This document shows, piece by piece, positions 12,140-26,553 of a stretch of DNA of 64,000 nucleotides. The notes under the pieces were generated by a model. The model searched no databases, was not told where the DNA came from, and saw nothing but the letters and a program-made list of their open reading frames with translations. Made by a program: the position numbers and the translations under genes. Within the stretch, counting starts at the first letter, position 1; each line of letters starts with the position of its first letter. The DNA lies in contig NIVC01000249.1 in the NCBI GenBank assembly GCA_002269645.1, positions 248,001 through 312,000 on the forward strand. Direction: 5' to 3'. The stretch comes from Macrostomum lignano. Taxonomy: Eukaryota.

Positions 12140-13790
12140 ATTGATTTGGCAATTGCCAGAGCTATCCTTATCTACCAACTTGTTCCTTAGCAACCCTGTG
12201 TGCCTTGGGATCTACTTCAGCCTAACAGTATTGCTATTGGACAAGAAGTTGAGCTGCTAGGTATAGATAGCAATTTTCTTAGAGTTTGAAGTAGTGCAGC
12301 TAAGATTCTATAAGGCCACTTGGCTGTTAGAATGGATGACAATAGTCACTCTTTTCAAAACCTTGGCATTTAGCTCTGTAGTGCAGAAGCTAATCACAAA
12401 AACTTTATTCTAGAATATTGTAGATGGTTTGCCAGTGTGCTTGACATATGTGGCAATAATATAGCCATTCACAATGATGTAGACCCTAAAGCTAGTATAG
12501 CCATCTTTGATAGATCTATGTGTCAGTGGACCTCCTAAAAGTTCCAGTGGTCAGTGGCAGCATCCATTGAGGGGGTGGTGACCTTGTAGCACTTTTAGCA
12601 CATATAAGATGTGGAACTGGCCACCATCTCTTAAGTCTGAGGCAGAGGTCAGCATGAGGCATGATCTTGCACTTAGCCATGGCCCTATAGGGGTGGAAAC
12701 GAATGTGCTGACATCAATAAAATGACAGGCAGTCTTGCCAGCTTCCCTGTGGACAAAGATGTCCAGCAGGGGAATGTTAAAGAAGGCATTGAGGTCATCA
12801 TATGGAGCAGATAGGGGGGGGCACCCAAGATCATGCAGCATGTGCGCCCTTGCAGTCTCCCGAGAGTCTCTAGGCAGGTCTTCATCTGCAGAGCACTAGC
12901 CCAGATCATGCAGCATGTGCGCCCTTGCAGTCTCCTGAGAGTCTCTAGGCAGGTCTTCATCTGCAGAGCACTAGCCCAGATCAGGCAGCATGTGCGCCCT
13001 TGCAGTCTCCTGAGAGTCTCTAGGCAGGTCTTCATCTGCAGAGCACTAGCCCAGATCAGGCAGCATGTGCGCCCTTGCAGTCTCCTGAGAGTCTCTAGGC
13101 AGGTCTTCATCTGCAGAGCACTAGCCCAGATCAGGCAGCATGTGCGCCCTTGCAGTCTCCTGAGAGTCTCTAGGCAGGTCTTCATCTGCAGAGCACTAGC
13201 CCAGATCATGCAGCATGTGCGCCCTTGCAGTCTCCTGAGAGTCTCTAGGCAGGTCTTCATCTGCAGAGCACTAGCCCAGATCAGGCAGCATGTGCGCCCT
13301 TGCAGTCTCCTGAGAGTCTCTAGGCAGGTCTTCATCTGCAGAGCACTAGCCCAGATCAGGCAGCATGTGCGCCCTTGCAGTCTCCTGAGAGTCTCTAGGC
13401 AGGTCTTCATCTGCAGAGCACTAGCCCAGATCAGGCAGCATGTGCGCCCTTGCAGTCTCCTGAGAGTCTCTAGGCAGGTCTTCATCTGCAGAGCACTAGC
13501 CCAGATCAGGCAGCATGTGCGCCCTTGCATTCTCCCGAGAGTCTCTAGGCAGGTCTTCATCTGCAGAGCACTAGCCCAGATCAGGCTGCCATCTGAGCAT
13601 GTAGGCCTGACCATTGCAGTGTAGATCTACCAGAGGCACTTGGGGTGAGCCCCCAGGTGGTGTTCAATGACCTTGTGCAGCTGATTGCAATGGCCATCTT
13701 GGCTTTTGCTTGTGCGTGGGGTGACCAGTTCAACCTGTGGTCTAGGATAATCCCTAGGCATTTAGTCTGCTTGCAGAAAGAGACTTTTCT
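12140..13790 (-). mobile_element. Decayed non-LTR retrotransposon fragment (RT C-terminus + RNase H; LOA/R1/I-group-like)
   Basis: Minus-strand translation across stops and frameshifts gives KCLGIILDHRLNWSPH...TTWGLTP...IYTAMVRPT..GSLIW...ILGAPP.APYDDLNAFFNIPLLD. This is followed by RNase H-like STIF*NKV..VIHSNSQVAL..TVRLK*IPRHTGLLRNKLVD, which matches the TVFQAE / SDSQAAL / WIPGH.G..GNE.AD pattern. Confidence 0.75.
12836..13585. repeat. 75-bp tandem repeat, 10 near-identical copies, derived from LINE RT coding sequence
   Basis: Unit starts at 12836, 12911, 12986 ... 13511. It encodes LIWASALQMKTCLETLRRLQGRTCC on the minus strand. Confidence 0.95.
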
Positions 13791-15054
13791 TCCTTAGTAT
13801 GAATGGCCAAATCTGTTACTTGGTCCTGCTGGCTTTTTGACATTTGCCCTCGCTGACAAAGGTGAGTTTACTGAGCTTCTCAGGCCAATTCAGGTTTGGC
13901 AGAAGCTTGTGCAAACTCCAGCTGCTCTTCTTTGAGTTGTACCAGATGAAGATGCAGCCATTAGTCTTCGCTGCTCTGAACATGCTCATGGGGCAGCCTA
14001 CTGGGAGCTGGTCAATAAGCAAGTTTCGATGGTACGAGTATGCCAGGCTCTGTTAAGGGTTGCCAATTATTAATTTTAGTATTTATTAAGGGACCTATAA
14101 GAGTACCGAAAAAACTACCAAGGTACCTTCAACTGGCTCTGATCAAGTGCTGTGTTTACCAGCAGTTTAGGCATTGTAAAACTGAAAGTTTGAATATTTC
14201 TTTAGATAGTACTCATCAGTAGAGTCCCCACATATATTAACTATTATATCAGGAGCAAAAATCGAGTATTTATTATGAAAGATGCAACTATTCCATTTAC
14301 TTTATCTTTATGTGGTAGTATCCTAGTTGTAGTCAAGTATATACTACTCGCTGGATGGCTATTTTAAGTAGTAATTCGTTTTTTGTAAAATTATAGTCTG
14401 GTATCTAATAAAAATATAGTATATTATTGTGATGTGTAAATTAGATATTTGCAAGAAAGTTTTTTATACTACTGTTATTCGAGTAGCATGATGCATTTGG
14501 GTATGTCTCTAGCTCATATTTATCCAGACCTGAGACCTAGGAAGCCTACCTCATGTTTTGCCAAGGATATACCATTGTCAATCCCCATATTCTGCATTAT
14601 TATGTGACATCGTGTAAAAATGTTTGTAAGGCTCTTATCATAGAAATATCTTTTTAATTATAGACCTTTGCGGTCAGCATGGCTGTCTTAATTTTTCCAC
14701 CCGTACAAACTGACTATAAGCTGCTATCTGAATTATTAATTACAGTTTATCTTCTTAGAAGCTTGACTCAATCTACTTGCACTTTTGAGCTCATCGCTAA
14801 CAGCCCCAGTAGTTTTAATCTACTCTGCCGAAGCCAGGTAAGACTCGTGTTCAAGTGCAAATTTGTGTCATTCTGTTTTATCTATTCTGCTTATAACGAT
14901 TCTACCTTTACTACTTCACTTTTATGCAGTAGTATGAAATGTGCATTTCAAACAGTTGAACTTTATTTAATTCAGTTCGACAGCTTTTAACGTTTTTTAG
15001 CACAGACTATGCTTACTGTGTGGTTTGGGTGATGGCACTTTATCAGACAGATTA

Positions 15055-15660
15055 TCGTCCACATCCCACAAGAGAATCGCCCTTCCACATCCCACAAGAC
15101 AATCGCCCTTCCACATCCCACAGGAGAATCAATCGCCCTTCCACATCCCACAAGACAATCGCCCTTCCATATCTCACAAGACAATCAATCGCCCTTCCTC
15201 ATCCCACAAGACAATCAATCGCCCTTCCACATCCCACAAGAGAATCAATCACCCTTCCACATCCCACAAGACAATCGCCCTTCCATATCTCACAAGACAA
15301 TCAATCGCCCTTCCACATCCCACAAGACAATCAATCGCCCTTCCACATCCCACAAGACAATCAATCGCCCTTCCACATCCCACAAGACAATCAATCGCCC
15401 TTCCACATCCCACAAGACAATCAATCGCCCTTCCACATCCCACAAGACAATCAATCGCCCTTCCTCATCCCACAAGACAAACAATCGCCCTTCCACATCC
15501 CACAAGACAATCATCGCCCTTCCACATCCCACAAGACAAAATATCGCCCTTCCACATCCCACAAGACAATCAATCGCCCTTCCACATCCCACAAGACACT
15601 CATCGCCCTTCCACATCCCACAAGACAATCATCGCCCTTCCACATCCCACAAGACAGTCG
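15055..15660. repeat. ~26-30 bp minisatellite (caatcaatcgcccttccacatcccacaaga)
   Basis: Direct tandem units. Confidence 0.95.
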
Positions 15661-16167
15661 CCTTTCCCACTCTGGCGGACGCCGCCAACCCCAGTTCCTT
15701 CGCCTATGCAAAATGCAACGAATTTTACCTGAACATCTATAAAGGTGTTTCTAAGTAAACAGTCTGTAAGCCCGCACTGCTCCGGTCACCGGAACTGCCC
15801 TGCCCTGTATTGTATTTCCTACACTGGCAGGCTCAGCCCTAGCAGTGTTCAATGCTAATAAATCACTCAATGAAACTGGGAATCGATCAGGATTCAATTC
15901 GGGGCCGGCCCCCCCAGCTCTCATGAATTATTCAAATCGGGGTTGTTCACCATTTCCTATACAGCCAGCCATACAGCCCTGTCTGTTGTTCCGCTTGAGA
16001 AATTTAATGAGTTCAGAGTTGCCCGATTTTTTCCCTGATGTATAGGATTGAAGGGGCCAGGCAAAGTCTTTGTTCCACCCTTCCCCGCTTTTGGGCTCTG
16101 CTTTAAAGAGAGCTAAAAACTAGAGTCTGGAGTGGCTCAACCCCCACACAGATTTCTGCTTTGCCCC

Positions 16168-16715
16168 CTCTTGGGTCTTCACCCCTGGAATCCGCCCCCC
16201 TTTTTGGTCTTCACCCCCGGAATCTGCCCCCCTCTTGGGTCTTCACCCCTGGAATCTGCCCCCCTCTTTGATCTTCACCCCCGGAATCCGCCCCCCTCTT
16301 TGGCCTTCACCCCTGGAATCCGCCCCCCTCTTTGGCCTTCACCCCTGGAATCCGCCCCCCTCTTTGATCTTCACCCCCGGAATCCGCTCCCCAGACCCCT
16401 GGAATCCGCCCCCCTCTTTGGTCTTCACCCCTGGAATCCGCCCCCCTCTCTTTGGTCTTCACCCCCGGAATCCGCTCCCCTCTTTGGTCTTCACCCCCGG
16501 AATCCGCCCCCCTCTTTGGTCTTCAACCCTGAAATCCGCCCCCCTCTTGGGTCTTCACCCCTGGAATCCGCCCCCCCCTCTTTGGTCTTCACCCCTGGAA
16601 TCCGCCCCCCTCTTGGGTCTTCACCCCCGGAATCCGCTCCTCTCTTTGATCTTCACCCCCGGAATCCGCTCCTCTCTTTGATCTTCACCCCCGGAATCCG
16701 CTCCTCTCTCTTTGG
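16168..16715. repeat. ~31-33 bp C-rich minisatellite (tcttcacccc[c/t]ggaatccgcccccctctttgg)
   Basis: Direct tandem units. Confidence 0.95.
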
Positions 16716-18545
16716 GTCTTAACCCTCGGGAATTTGTAGTAATCTGGGCACTAAAACCTGTTTTTACCCAGCTCTGTTTACCTGTTTTTATGCTCCAGAT
16801 TCTCCTAGTTATCCTTGGCTTTGCTTTATTAAAATGGGCATTGAATTCAGTGCCTCTTGTGCTTGCGAATGGCGCGTGTCGCAAGCCTCTTTCTATTCTT
16901 CTATTATTCTGTTCCAAGGCCACTTCTGCAGTTGCGTTGAGTTGAGATTCCTTCCCCTTCCGAGCTCGCTGCCCCCAGTGAAGGCATTTGAGATTGCAGA
17001 TTTTTTAGTCGATTCGCTCCAATGAGAAATTCCAGATTCCCAATGGGTCCGCACGCGTGGCGGCAGAGCAGGCTGTAGCGGTAACCAATTTCGATACAAA
17101 TTCCTTCGTGCAGGCAAATTCTTTTTCTTTAATTAATCTCTGCCATTGGCCTTTCGTGACAAGGAATAAAACCGGTTATTATTCAGGCATTCTTGGTGGT
17201 GTTTCCTGAGCTTGCTTGTTCAACAATTTCCGGGTATCTTTCCGCTTTTAAATAATTGGCTTATTTAGAATTTGAGCAACGAATCATTCTTTGTAAATCT
17301 CGACTGCAAGTGTTGAGATTCAGGACATCCGCTGACTCCTGCTTACACTCACTGTGCCTTGGGGCTTGGCGACAGCCCTAAATAAACGGGATCAAACAGA
17401 GGTCGCGGCTGAATGCTCAAAAGCCTCACATGATGAGCCCAGCATTGACACGGGGCTGTAGCTGTTTGCTTTACGGAAATACAACCCGCACAGCTGGGAT
17501 GCATGAGGCCAGCATCTCAACTCAAACTTATTCCCCTGTCAGTCTTGCCGCCATAGTCATACGGCATTGGGACAAAATTGACTTGTCTGTCTGTGTCTGC
17601 CCTTATGTTTGCCTTTATCATAAGCCCGCAAGCAGCCTATGGAATGAGAACTGTGAGACCGAGCTCTATGGGAATTTGTCCACGTGTGTCGCGTCTTACT
17701 CATGTACATGTATAACCAACTATCTTTGGAGACTTGGAAATTCTGATATTGAAATAAATGTCTACATCTAGATCTAAATGAGATTCCCAGAAGTCATTAT
17801 TTATTGAGTCTGCAGGCTGTTTAGCAGATAGATATAGATTTATAGATAGGCACCGAATCAAGGAATGCACTCACCGATTCATGTAGCTTCATATGAATTC
17901 CTATACTGTGCAATAGTTATGAGCCTGGCCATCTGGGGGTGCGCCATGATTGCAGTCCGCCGCAGTCTTGGTGGGTGGGGCCGGGGGGAAATGCTTGACA
18001 GATTGCGTAATCGGCCTCGTCTCCCGCCCAGCTCGGTGGGAGCTCGGAGCGCGGACACGGGGATGGGTTTGAGAACTCTTCTCGGAGTCTCGAGCTGGAG
18101 TAACGGAGCGAGGGTGCCGGGCAGTCATGCAGCTCGTAGAAAGTGGCGGAATTCCCTGCGCAAGTTCAAATCCATTATTTCTCTGGACTTGAAAATCTTC
18201 ACTGACCATCTGCCGGGCCCTGTCCGTCTGTCTGTCTGTCTTTTTAGCGAGTGGCGCGTGCCCTCGGAGCCGTCATTTGTCCCTCAGAGCTGCAGCCCGA
18301 GAAATTTCAACGGACACGTGGCTGCCTTAATCGGTTGAGGCGGTTTACCATTGTGTTGCATTGACCCACGCCTTAAATATGAAAAAACTACTTAAAAGCA
18401 TGGCTTTCTATTGAGATATTGAAAACTTTGTTGCCAACCGATAGAATTCATGTTCATATAGGCATGCTTTGCTCAAAATATTGGCTGGTTATTGAAATAT
18501 GTATTGCGGATGCTGCGAAGGTACGGACGGATATTGTTAAGGCTA

Positions 18546-19092
18546 TGATATTGTGAATAGTTCAGATATTGTGAATGGTTCGGATATTGTGAATGGTTCG
18601 GATATTGTGAATGGTTCGGATATTGTGAATGGTTTGGATATTGTGAATGGTTTGGATATTGTGAATGGTTTGGATATTGTGAATGGTTTGGATATTGTGA
18701 ATGGTTTGGATATTGTGAATGGTTTGGATATTGTGAATGGTTTGGATATTGTGAATGGTTCGGAAATTGTGAATGGTTCGGATATTGTGAATGGTTCGGA
18801 TATTGTGAATGGTTCGGATATTGTGAATACATGTAGTTCGGATATTGTGAATGGTTCGGATATTGTGAATGGTTCGGATATTGTGAATGGTTCGGATATT
18901 GTGAATGGTTCGGATATTGTGAATGGTTCGGATATTGTGAATAGTTCGGATATTGTGAATGGTTCGGATATTGTGAATGGTTCGGATATTGTGAATGGTT
19001 CGGATATTGTGAATGAATCGGATATTGTGAATGGTTCGGATATTGTGAATGGTTCGGATATTGTGAATGGTTCGGATATTGTGAATGGTTCG
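18546..19092. repeat. 18-bp minisatellite (gatattgtgaatggttcg), ~30 copies
   Basis: Direct tandem units. Confidence 0.95.
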
Positions 19093-19665
19093 AGCCTTCT
19101 CCCGTTCAACCGTTCTATTAATTGGATTGTGAATGGCTGTTAGTGAAGCTGCCCAAAGTAAGAAATCCGATTCTGCAGACAGTTCGCGCATCCACAGTAA
19201 AGTCTGTCCGGCATTCCGAAGATTGTTTCGCTACAATTTCAGCGCAAAAATTGATGTCATAATCATAAATTGTGATTTTAGTTGAAAGTTTAGCTTTGAA
19301 GAAAAAAACGACTGCAGCCGCTTCCCTTGCCACGAAGGGTTGAAAACTGAATTTGTATCGAATCTGTTCTGTATGGCAGTCGAAATACATCGGTTTCTAA
19401 ACTTGTTTTTTTTGCCGTTTGACGAGGAGGGTTTGGTAAACCATTGTTCAGGTCTAGTCAGGTTGTAAAAACCTGTCCCGATTAATGCTTTCGATACTTC
19501 TCTTGGGCGACAGTTTCTTTACTAGGATTTTTTACGACTGCGGCACGAGCAGCGAATGCGGATGCGGAGCTGGCATTTCCGGCATGGGGTGCCGCTTCTG
19601 TATGTGACAGGGGAGCTTTTTGGGCTGTGAGACTGCGGTTTGGGGTTTCCGGCTTGAAGGCTGGT

Positions 19666-20349
<684 letters not shown>

Positions 20350-20985
20350 AAATAATTGATGAACAATGCCACAGGTGAGCTGTCATGTTTATCCAACGCA
20401 ACATTCATGTCACGTGACCAGCCGTTATCCTCTGAGGCTCTCAAGGAAAATGATTAAATTGCCGCAAGTCCAACTCCAACCCAGGCTCAAAAGGGGGATT
20501 TCGTTGAGTAGTTTTTTTATCCTCTGAACTGTGTGGATAAAAAACAGTCATCAGAAATAAAGGAGGGCAGGAAGAGGTTTTTATTCGGAATGCTTATATA
20601 GCTTTTTTATTATATCTCTAATTCTTTCTTTTCTTCCTTCATCAATTTTGCAGATGGGATGCGGGAATAAAAGCAAAGTGGGTCATATTATTTGTGCCAC
20701 GGAGGGGGATCGTTTTGATTTTTTATGCGTAATATATATGTATATATTATACTATATATATTATACTGGCAGTTCTCGCGCGTGCCTCCATTGCCCCCCC
20801 CCCCTAGTTCTACCAGCCTGCCTGCTCATGCTCAAGCCCTCACTCAAACAGCGCTCTCGCACAGCCCAGATGTCCCTTCGATTTAAAATTCGAGAAAGAG
20901 AAGGGGTTGAGAGGGGAGGGTCGGATCCCCTATTATAGCTGCTGTGTAGCAAATATATATATATAATATATAGGCCATATTTCAT

Positions 20986-21134
20986 GGAGATGATATATAG
21001 TATAGTTAAGTGCTACAGCTTCGGAACCGAAGGGATGCTGGTTTCGAGTTCTCCTGCCTCCTCAAATTCTGCAACCCAGCGCCGGGGACGCGACGCGAGC
21101 TCCCAGTGGTGTGAGCCTGCGATAAAATTTTGAG

Positions 21135-21165
<31 letters not shown>

Positions 21166-21166
21166 T
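20986..21166 (+). mobile_element. Candidate tRNA-derived SINE (tRNA-Arg(TCG)-like head, (CA)n tail)
   Basis: The head ggaga...tctcc can pair like an acceptor stem. It contains a cttcgga anticodon-like loop and a B-box-like ggtttcgagtt, and a (CA)n tail follows at ~21138-21166. The A box is poor. Confidence 0.35.
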
Positions 21167-21344
21167 TTCATCATTGTTGTATAGGGAGTTGGGGACTCGA
21201 AACTGCCGAGTTGTATTGGTGTTAGTCAGTGTTGATTGCAGGAAAAAGTGTGCGTGCGTGTCTTTTTAGTCTCGATTTGGGTCGTACCTCCCTCCTTTGC
21301 TCAGATTGCGCATCTGATTGCGCATCTGATCAGATTGAGTATTG

Positions 21345-21660
21345 GAGATGTTGGGAGATCGAGTATTGAAGATGTAGGGAGATCGAGTATTGGAGATGTA
21401 GGGAGATCGAGTATTGGAGATGTAGGGAGATCGAGTATTGGAGATGTAGGGAGATCGAGTATTGAAGATGTTGGGAGATCGAGTATTGAAGATGTAGGGA
21501 GATCGAGTATTGAAGATGTAGGGAGATCGAGTATTGAAGATGTAGGGAGATCGAGTATTGAAGATGTAGGGAGATCGAGTAAGGGAGATGCAGATGTAGG
21601 GAGATCGAGTAAGGGGAAGATGTAGGGAGATCGAGTAAGGGAGATGTAGGGAGATCGAGT
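21345..21660. repeat. 24-bp minisatellite (agatgtagggagatcgagtattg[a/g])
   Basis: Direct tandem units that decay rightward. Confidence 0.93.
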
Positions 21661-22444
21661 AAGGGAATTTAGGGAGATTGGGTAGCGGAAGATGTAGGGA
21701 GATCGTGTAAGGGAGGTGAAGGGAGATGTAGATGTAGGGAGTTCGATGAGGGGCCATGTAGTGCGATCAAGTGGAGATGTAGGGTGATCCAGTAGGGGTG
21801 CTCAGATGTGCGCCTTCCAACGCCCGTACATAACAGTTGGCAACTAATTCGCTACTCAAATCCTCAAGCCTACGCAGACAAAAGCTTTCACGCAACAAAG
21901 AGCAGCGGTTCAACGTGTCCGCTTTTTTTTAAATAATCTGTCTGCGCCTCTGGTCTTTGTCATTTGATTGCTATGATTCAGTTTCCATGGCTGCGCTGGC
22001 CATTTGGCGGCCCGCAGCGCACGGAACTCGCTTAGATTCAGACACGCGAGACAGGCGGGCTGGCAGACAGCTCTCTGACTGCTCAAGCCGGAAATTCCAG
22101 GGCCCTGGCACGAGGCCCCGGCCCAGTCCAGTCCAGTCAGTCCACCTTGCTCACCGCCATATTCTCAATCAATCCAATCACTATTAATGAGAGCCCTCAG
22201 TCTTTGTTCCTCTCCGTTGCTCGTCTCATATTTTCTGTCGCTCTTAAGTGGATTTCATACGGCCGCTTGTCCGTATGGCGAGACAATCGCTTGGCTGCTT
22301 GCTGCCAGGTTGTGGCACGTGGAGCGGGTGGCCACCTTTATTGATTTAAATCTGGGGAATTCCTTTGTCATGAACCTGCGCCTCTGACTCTTTCTTGGCC
22401 GTTTTCTGGGCTGCGCCATTTCATTTTTGTTGGTTGCTCTCGCT

Positions 22445-23200
22445 ATCTCTGGCCCCTCCTGCCTCTCTCTGGTCTCTCCCGCCTCTCTCTGGCCTCTCCC
22501 GCCTCTCTCTGGTCCCTCCCGCCTCTCTCTGGTCTCTCCCGCCTCTCTCTGGCCCCTCCTGCCTCTCTCTGGTCTCTCCCGCCTCTCTCTGGCCTCTCCC
22601 GCCTCTCTCTGGTCCCTCCCGCCTCTCTCTGGTCTCTCCCGCCTCTCTCTGGCCCCTCCTGCCTCTCTCTGGTCTCTCCCGCCTCTCTCTGGCCTCTCCC
22701 GCCTCTCTCTGGTCCCTCCCGCCTCTCTCTGGTCTCTCCCGCCTCTCTCTGGCCCCTCCTGCCTCTCTCTGGTCTCTCCCGCCTCTCTCTGGCCTCTCCC
22801 GCCTCTCTCTGGTCCCTCCCGCCTCTCTCTGGTCCCTCCTGCCTCTCTCTGGTCTCTCCTGTCTCTCTCTGGTCCCTCCTGCCTCTCTCTGGTCCCTCCT
22901 GCCTCTCTCTGGCCTCTCCCGCCTCTCTCTGGTCCCTCCTGCCTCTCTCTGGTCCCTCCTGCCTCTCTCTGGCCTCTCCCGCCTCTCTCTGGTCCCTCCT
23001 GCCTCTCTCTGGTCCCTCCTGCCTCTCTCTGGTCTCTCCTGTCTCTCTCTGGTCTCTCCCGCCTCTCTCTGGTCCCTCCTGCCTCTCTCTGGTCTCTCCT
23101 GTCTCTCTCTGGTCCCTCCTGCCTCTCTCTGGTCTCTCCTGTCTCTCTCTGGCCCCTCCTGCCTCTCTCTGGTCTCTCCTGTCTCTCTCTGGTCTCTCCC
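22445..23200. repeat. 20-bp pyrimidine-rich minisatellite (gcctctctctggtctctccc variants)
   Basis: Direct tandem units. Confidence 0.95.
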
Positions 23201-23709
23201 GCTCCCATGTCCCTAGTCTCTAAAACTTTCTCTAAGGCAGCCTTCAATAAAAGTATTGACTTACACACAGGGACTGGGTGGGTGCTTGGCATGCTCGGCA
23301 CAATTGCCTCACCGACTGTCAGAAATTTTCCACAGCCAGGCTTTGGTTGCGTCAATCAGGAGTCGCAGTCCACTCGTACCGGGTTGTGCTGTAAGAATAC
23401 TTCCTAGTTAGTTCTATGCTAATTGTTCACGGCTATTTAAGCTTCCCTTATAGACTTGAAGCTAAGGCAGAGAGAAGCCACTTGTCTCAACTTCAACTGT
23501 AAATCTCTCTTCACTTGCGTATAAAGTTAGGCCAAAACACTTGCGTAACTTCGTCCAGGGCCCGAGGAATCCCCACGTCCGTGATCCAGCTACCTGCAAA
23601 ATTAAACTATCTGAGGATAGGGGTGAAAATATTCAGGCAGAAATTAGGCTGACAGGCAGCCAAAATGATTTACAATCTGTAATAATGCCAGGTAAATAGC
23701 AGTAAACAT

Positions 23710-24180
23710 CAGACAGACAGACAGACAGACACTAAGAAACTAAGACAGGCAAATGCAGACACCAAGACAGACAGACAGACAGACAGACACTAAGACATTA
23801 AGACAAACACTAAGACAGACACTAAGAAACTAAGACAGGCAGGCAGACACTAAGACAAACACTAAGAAACTAAGACAGGCAAACGCAGACACCAAGACAG
23901 ACACTAAGAAACTAAGACAGGCAAACGCAGACACTAAGACAAACACTAAGAAACTAAGACAGGCAAACGCAGACACCAAGACAGACACTAAGAAACTAAG
24001 ACAGGCAAACGCAGACACCAAGACAAACACTAAGAAACTAAGACAGGCAAACGCAGACACTAAGAAACTAAGACAGGCAAACGCAGACACCAAGACAGAC
24101 ACTAAGAAACTAAGACAGGCAAAGACAGACACTAAGAAACTAAGACAGGCAGATAAACAGACAGACAAGCAGACACTAAG
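23710..24180. repeat. GACA-derived compound minisatellite (agacactaagaaactaagacaggcaaacgc...)
   Basis: Tandem 30-42 bp units. Confidence 0.9.
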
Positions 24181-25964
24181 ATACAGAACTCAAGTGTAGC
24201 ACTGGTGTAGAGCAGTTGAGGTTGGAATTGCTGTTCACTCAGCAGGGGGATATCCGCATCGCTAGGATAGCCTATTGTTCCTCAGTTCCCTGGTCAAAAT
24301 ATCAAAAGGATCTTGCATGGCTTGGTTCGTCATGCGTTGCTAAGGGTCTAATTTTTTACAGTCAAATAAATGCTCTGACTTCCGGCGCTGTCAGCTACCG
24401 CTGCGCGCCCTCTCGAGTCTGAAGTGCCCCCCCCCCCCACCAAATGCTTTGGTGCAGGCCTGCCTGTTTTCGGCTCGACTTGCTGCATTGCTTGCTTCAA
24501 AAGATTTTCCTGGAAACCTCTCCTCTGCTTATAGACTTGCTTGGACTCTCCGTATTCACACCTGAAGTGTCTGTAGCCAAGCCAGACACTTATGACTGAC
24601 TGACTGACTGACTGACTGACTCGGGTCATTTTTTTCGCAGAAATTACGCAGCCAGCCTGCATGGTTGTCAAGCAAGCAAGCAAGCTTTTTTTGGTAGGCC
24701 AAAAATCAAACCACGTAGGAAAGTTACGCGAAGACAGGCGGACAGAAGCTGCAGGCGTTAAAGCAGCAGAATTGCGCGTCTTTTAATTGGCCGCATAGTT
24801 GCTATAGTTGCTACCCCGATACGATCAGGATGAAGCATCTTGACAGTGAGAAGAGGGAAGTGTTAATCTCAGACTCACTATTATGTTCTACACGCTTGAC
24901 ATGCTCTTGACACCTCTAGGGGAATTCTTGGGGGGTGTTGAGAAGAAGAGTGAAAGTTGAGTCTGCGGGGCTTCATATATTGAGTTTGAGAAGTCTCTTT
25001 AACAGCCCACGCGACTTGGATACTGTCGGGGCATTGTTGACCTTCACTGTTTCTAGCATCCAGAGGGCGCATGGACTGCAGGGCTGGCCATCTGTCAGCT
25101 AAAAATAGTTTCCACTCCTATATAGCGGACTGAGAATTGCTTTTAGCTTCCACACAGATTCTGCAACACAAAGTGCCGCTGGCGTTGTGCTATCCATGCG
25201 CTCAGTCTCCGCGTGTGCACAGCTGCTCTGTCGGGTATATGTAGCTTAGCAACCGCTGTGTGAGATGGGATTAAATAACGATTATGAGTAACTAGACTAC
25301 AGCGAGCTGCTGTATCTTGCTAGCTTTATTGGGTCACACATTCTTCTATATTAGCCGTGACTGCGATTCTGTTTATTATTAAAATACAAGCGTGTATATC
25401 ATTACTAATTATGCATTAATTCGATGTTTTGGCTTTGCCGTGGACAATTTCATTAGCTTAGCACTGCTAATGAGTCTCGCTGCACTTCTCTCTCGAGGCC
25501 GTTTTCAAGCAGCGAGTTGAGCTCTTAGCCCGGAGGGTCTTTTAAAGCCGTTTGATCCTTCAGCACCCCCTCGGGGGTTCGAGACCAGCGGCTCATGTTA
25601 GCTCATTTTGCCCGTCTAATTTCCACCTTTTTGTGCTCTAAGACTTGAAAGTGTAGACTAAACTAACATGATTTTAGCTATGCAAAAGGTGTGTTAGAAG
25701 GCTCAGCTCAGTCATTAGCTGGATTTGCTCTCAGACCTGTCAAATGAGCACCCAGACTGAACAAGCTCAGCGGGTGGCGGTGTTTTTGCTTCTCCCTCTG
25801 GCCTTTTGTCTGCTTTTTTGCTGCTCTCCTGAGGCCTTCTCGCAACTCTCAAGTCCGTCTCGGGTCACACAGTTCCCTAACTTCAAATCCCCAAAACCTA
25901 ACGTCTCCCAGTTTTTTATACACTTTCATGATTAGAAAAATATAGTAAATTAGGTAAATTAGTA

Positions 25965-26553
25965 GAAGCTTGGGGATTGTGAAGCTTGGGGATTGTGAAG
26001 CTTGGGGATTGTGAAACTTGGAAGATTTTGAAGCTTGGGAAATTGTGAAGCTTGGGAGATTGTGGAGGTTGGGTGATTGTGAAACTTGGGAGATTGTGAA
26101 GCTTGGGGATTGTGAAGCTTGGGGATTGTGAAGCTTGGGGATTGTGAAGCTTGGGGATTGTGAAGCTTGGGGATTGTGAAACTTGGAAGATTTTGAAGCT
26201 TGGGAAATTGTGAAGCTTGGGAGATTGTGGAGGTTGGGTGATTGTGAAACTTGGGAGATTGTGAAGCTTGGGGAGATTGTGAAACTTGGGAGATTGTGAA
26301 GCTTGGGGAGATTGTGAAACTTGGGAGATTGTGAAGCTTGGGGAGATTGTGAAACTTGGGAGATTGTGAAGCTTGGGGGAGATTGTGAAACTGGAGAGAT
26401 TGTGAAGCTTTGGGATTGTGAAGATTGGGGATAGTGAAGCTTCGGGGTTGTGAAGATTGGGTATTGCGAAGATTGGGGATTGTGAATATTGGGTATTGTG
26501 AAGCTTTGGGATTGTGAAACTTGGAAGATTGTGAAACTCTGGAGATTTTGAAA
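25965..26553 (+). repeat. 16-18 bp minisatellite (gaagcttggg[g/a]gattgt), left arm of an inverted pair
   Basis: Tandem units; a reverse-complement array lies at 27090-27361. Confidence 0.93.

Noticed and set aside
12685-13624. 309-aa and 263-aa ORFs over the 75-bp array
   Set aside because: They are products of the in-frame minisatellite within a LINE relic that is broken on both sides; not a functional gene.
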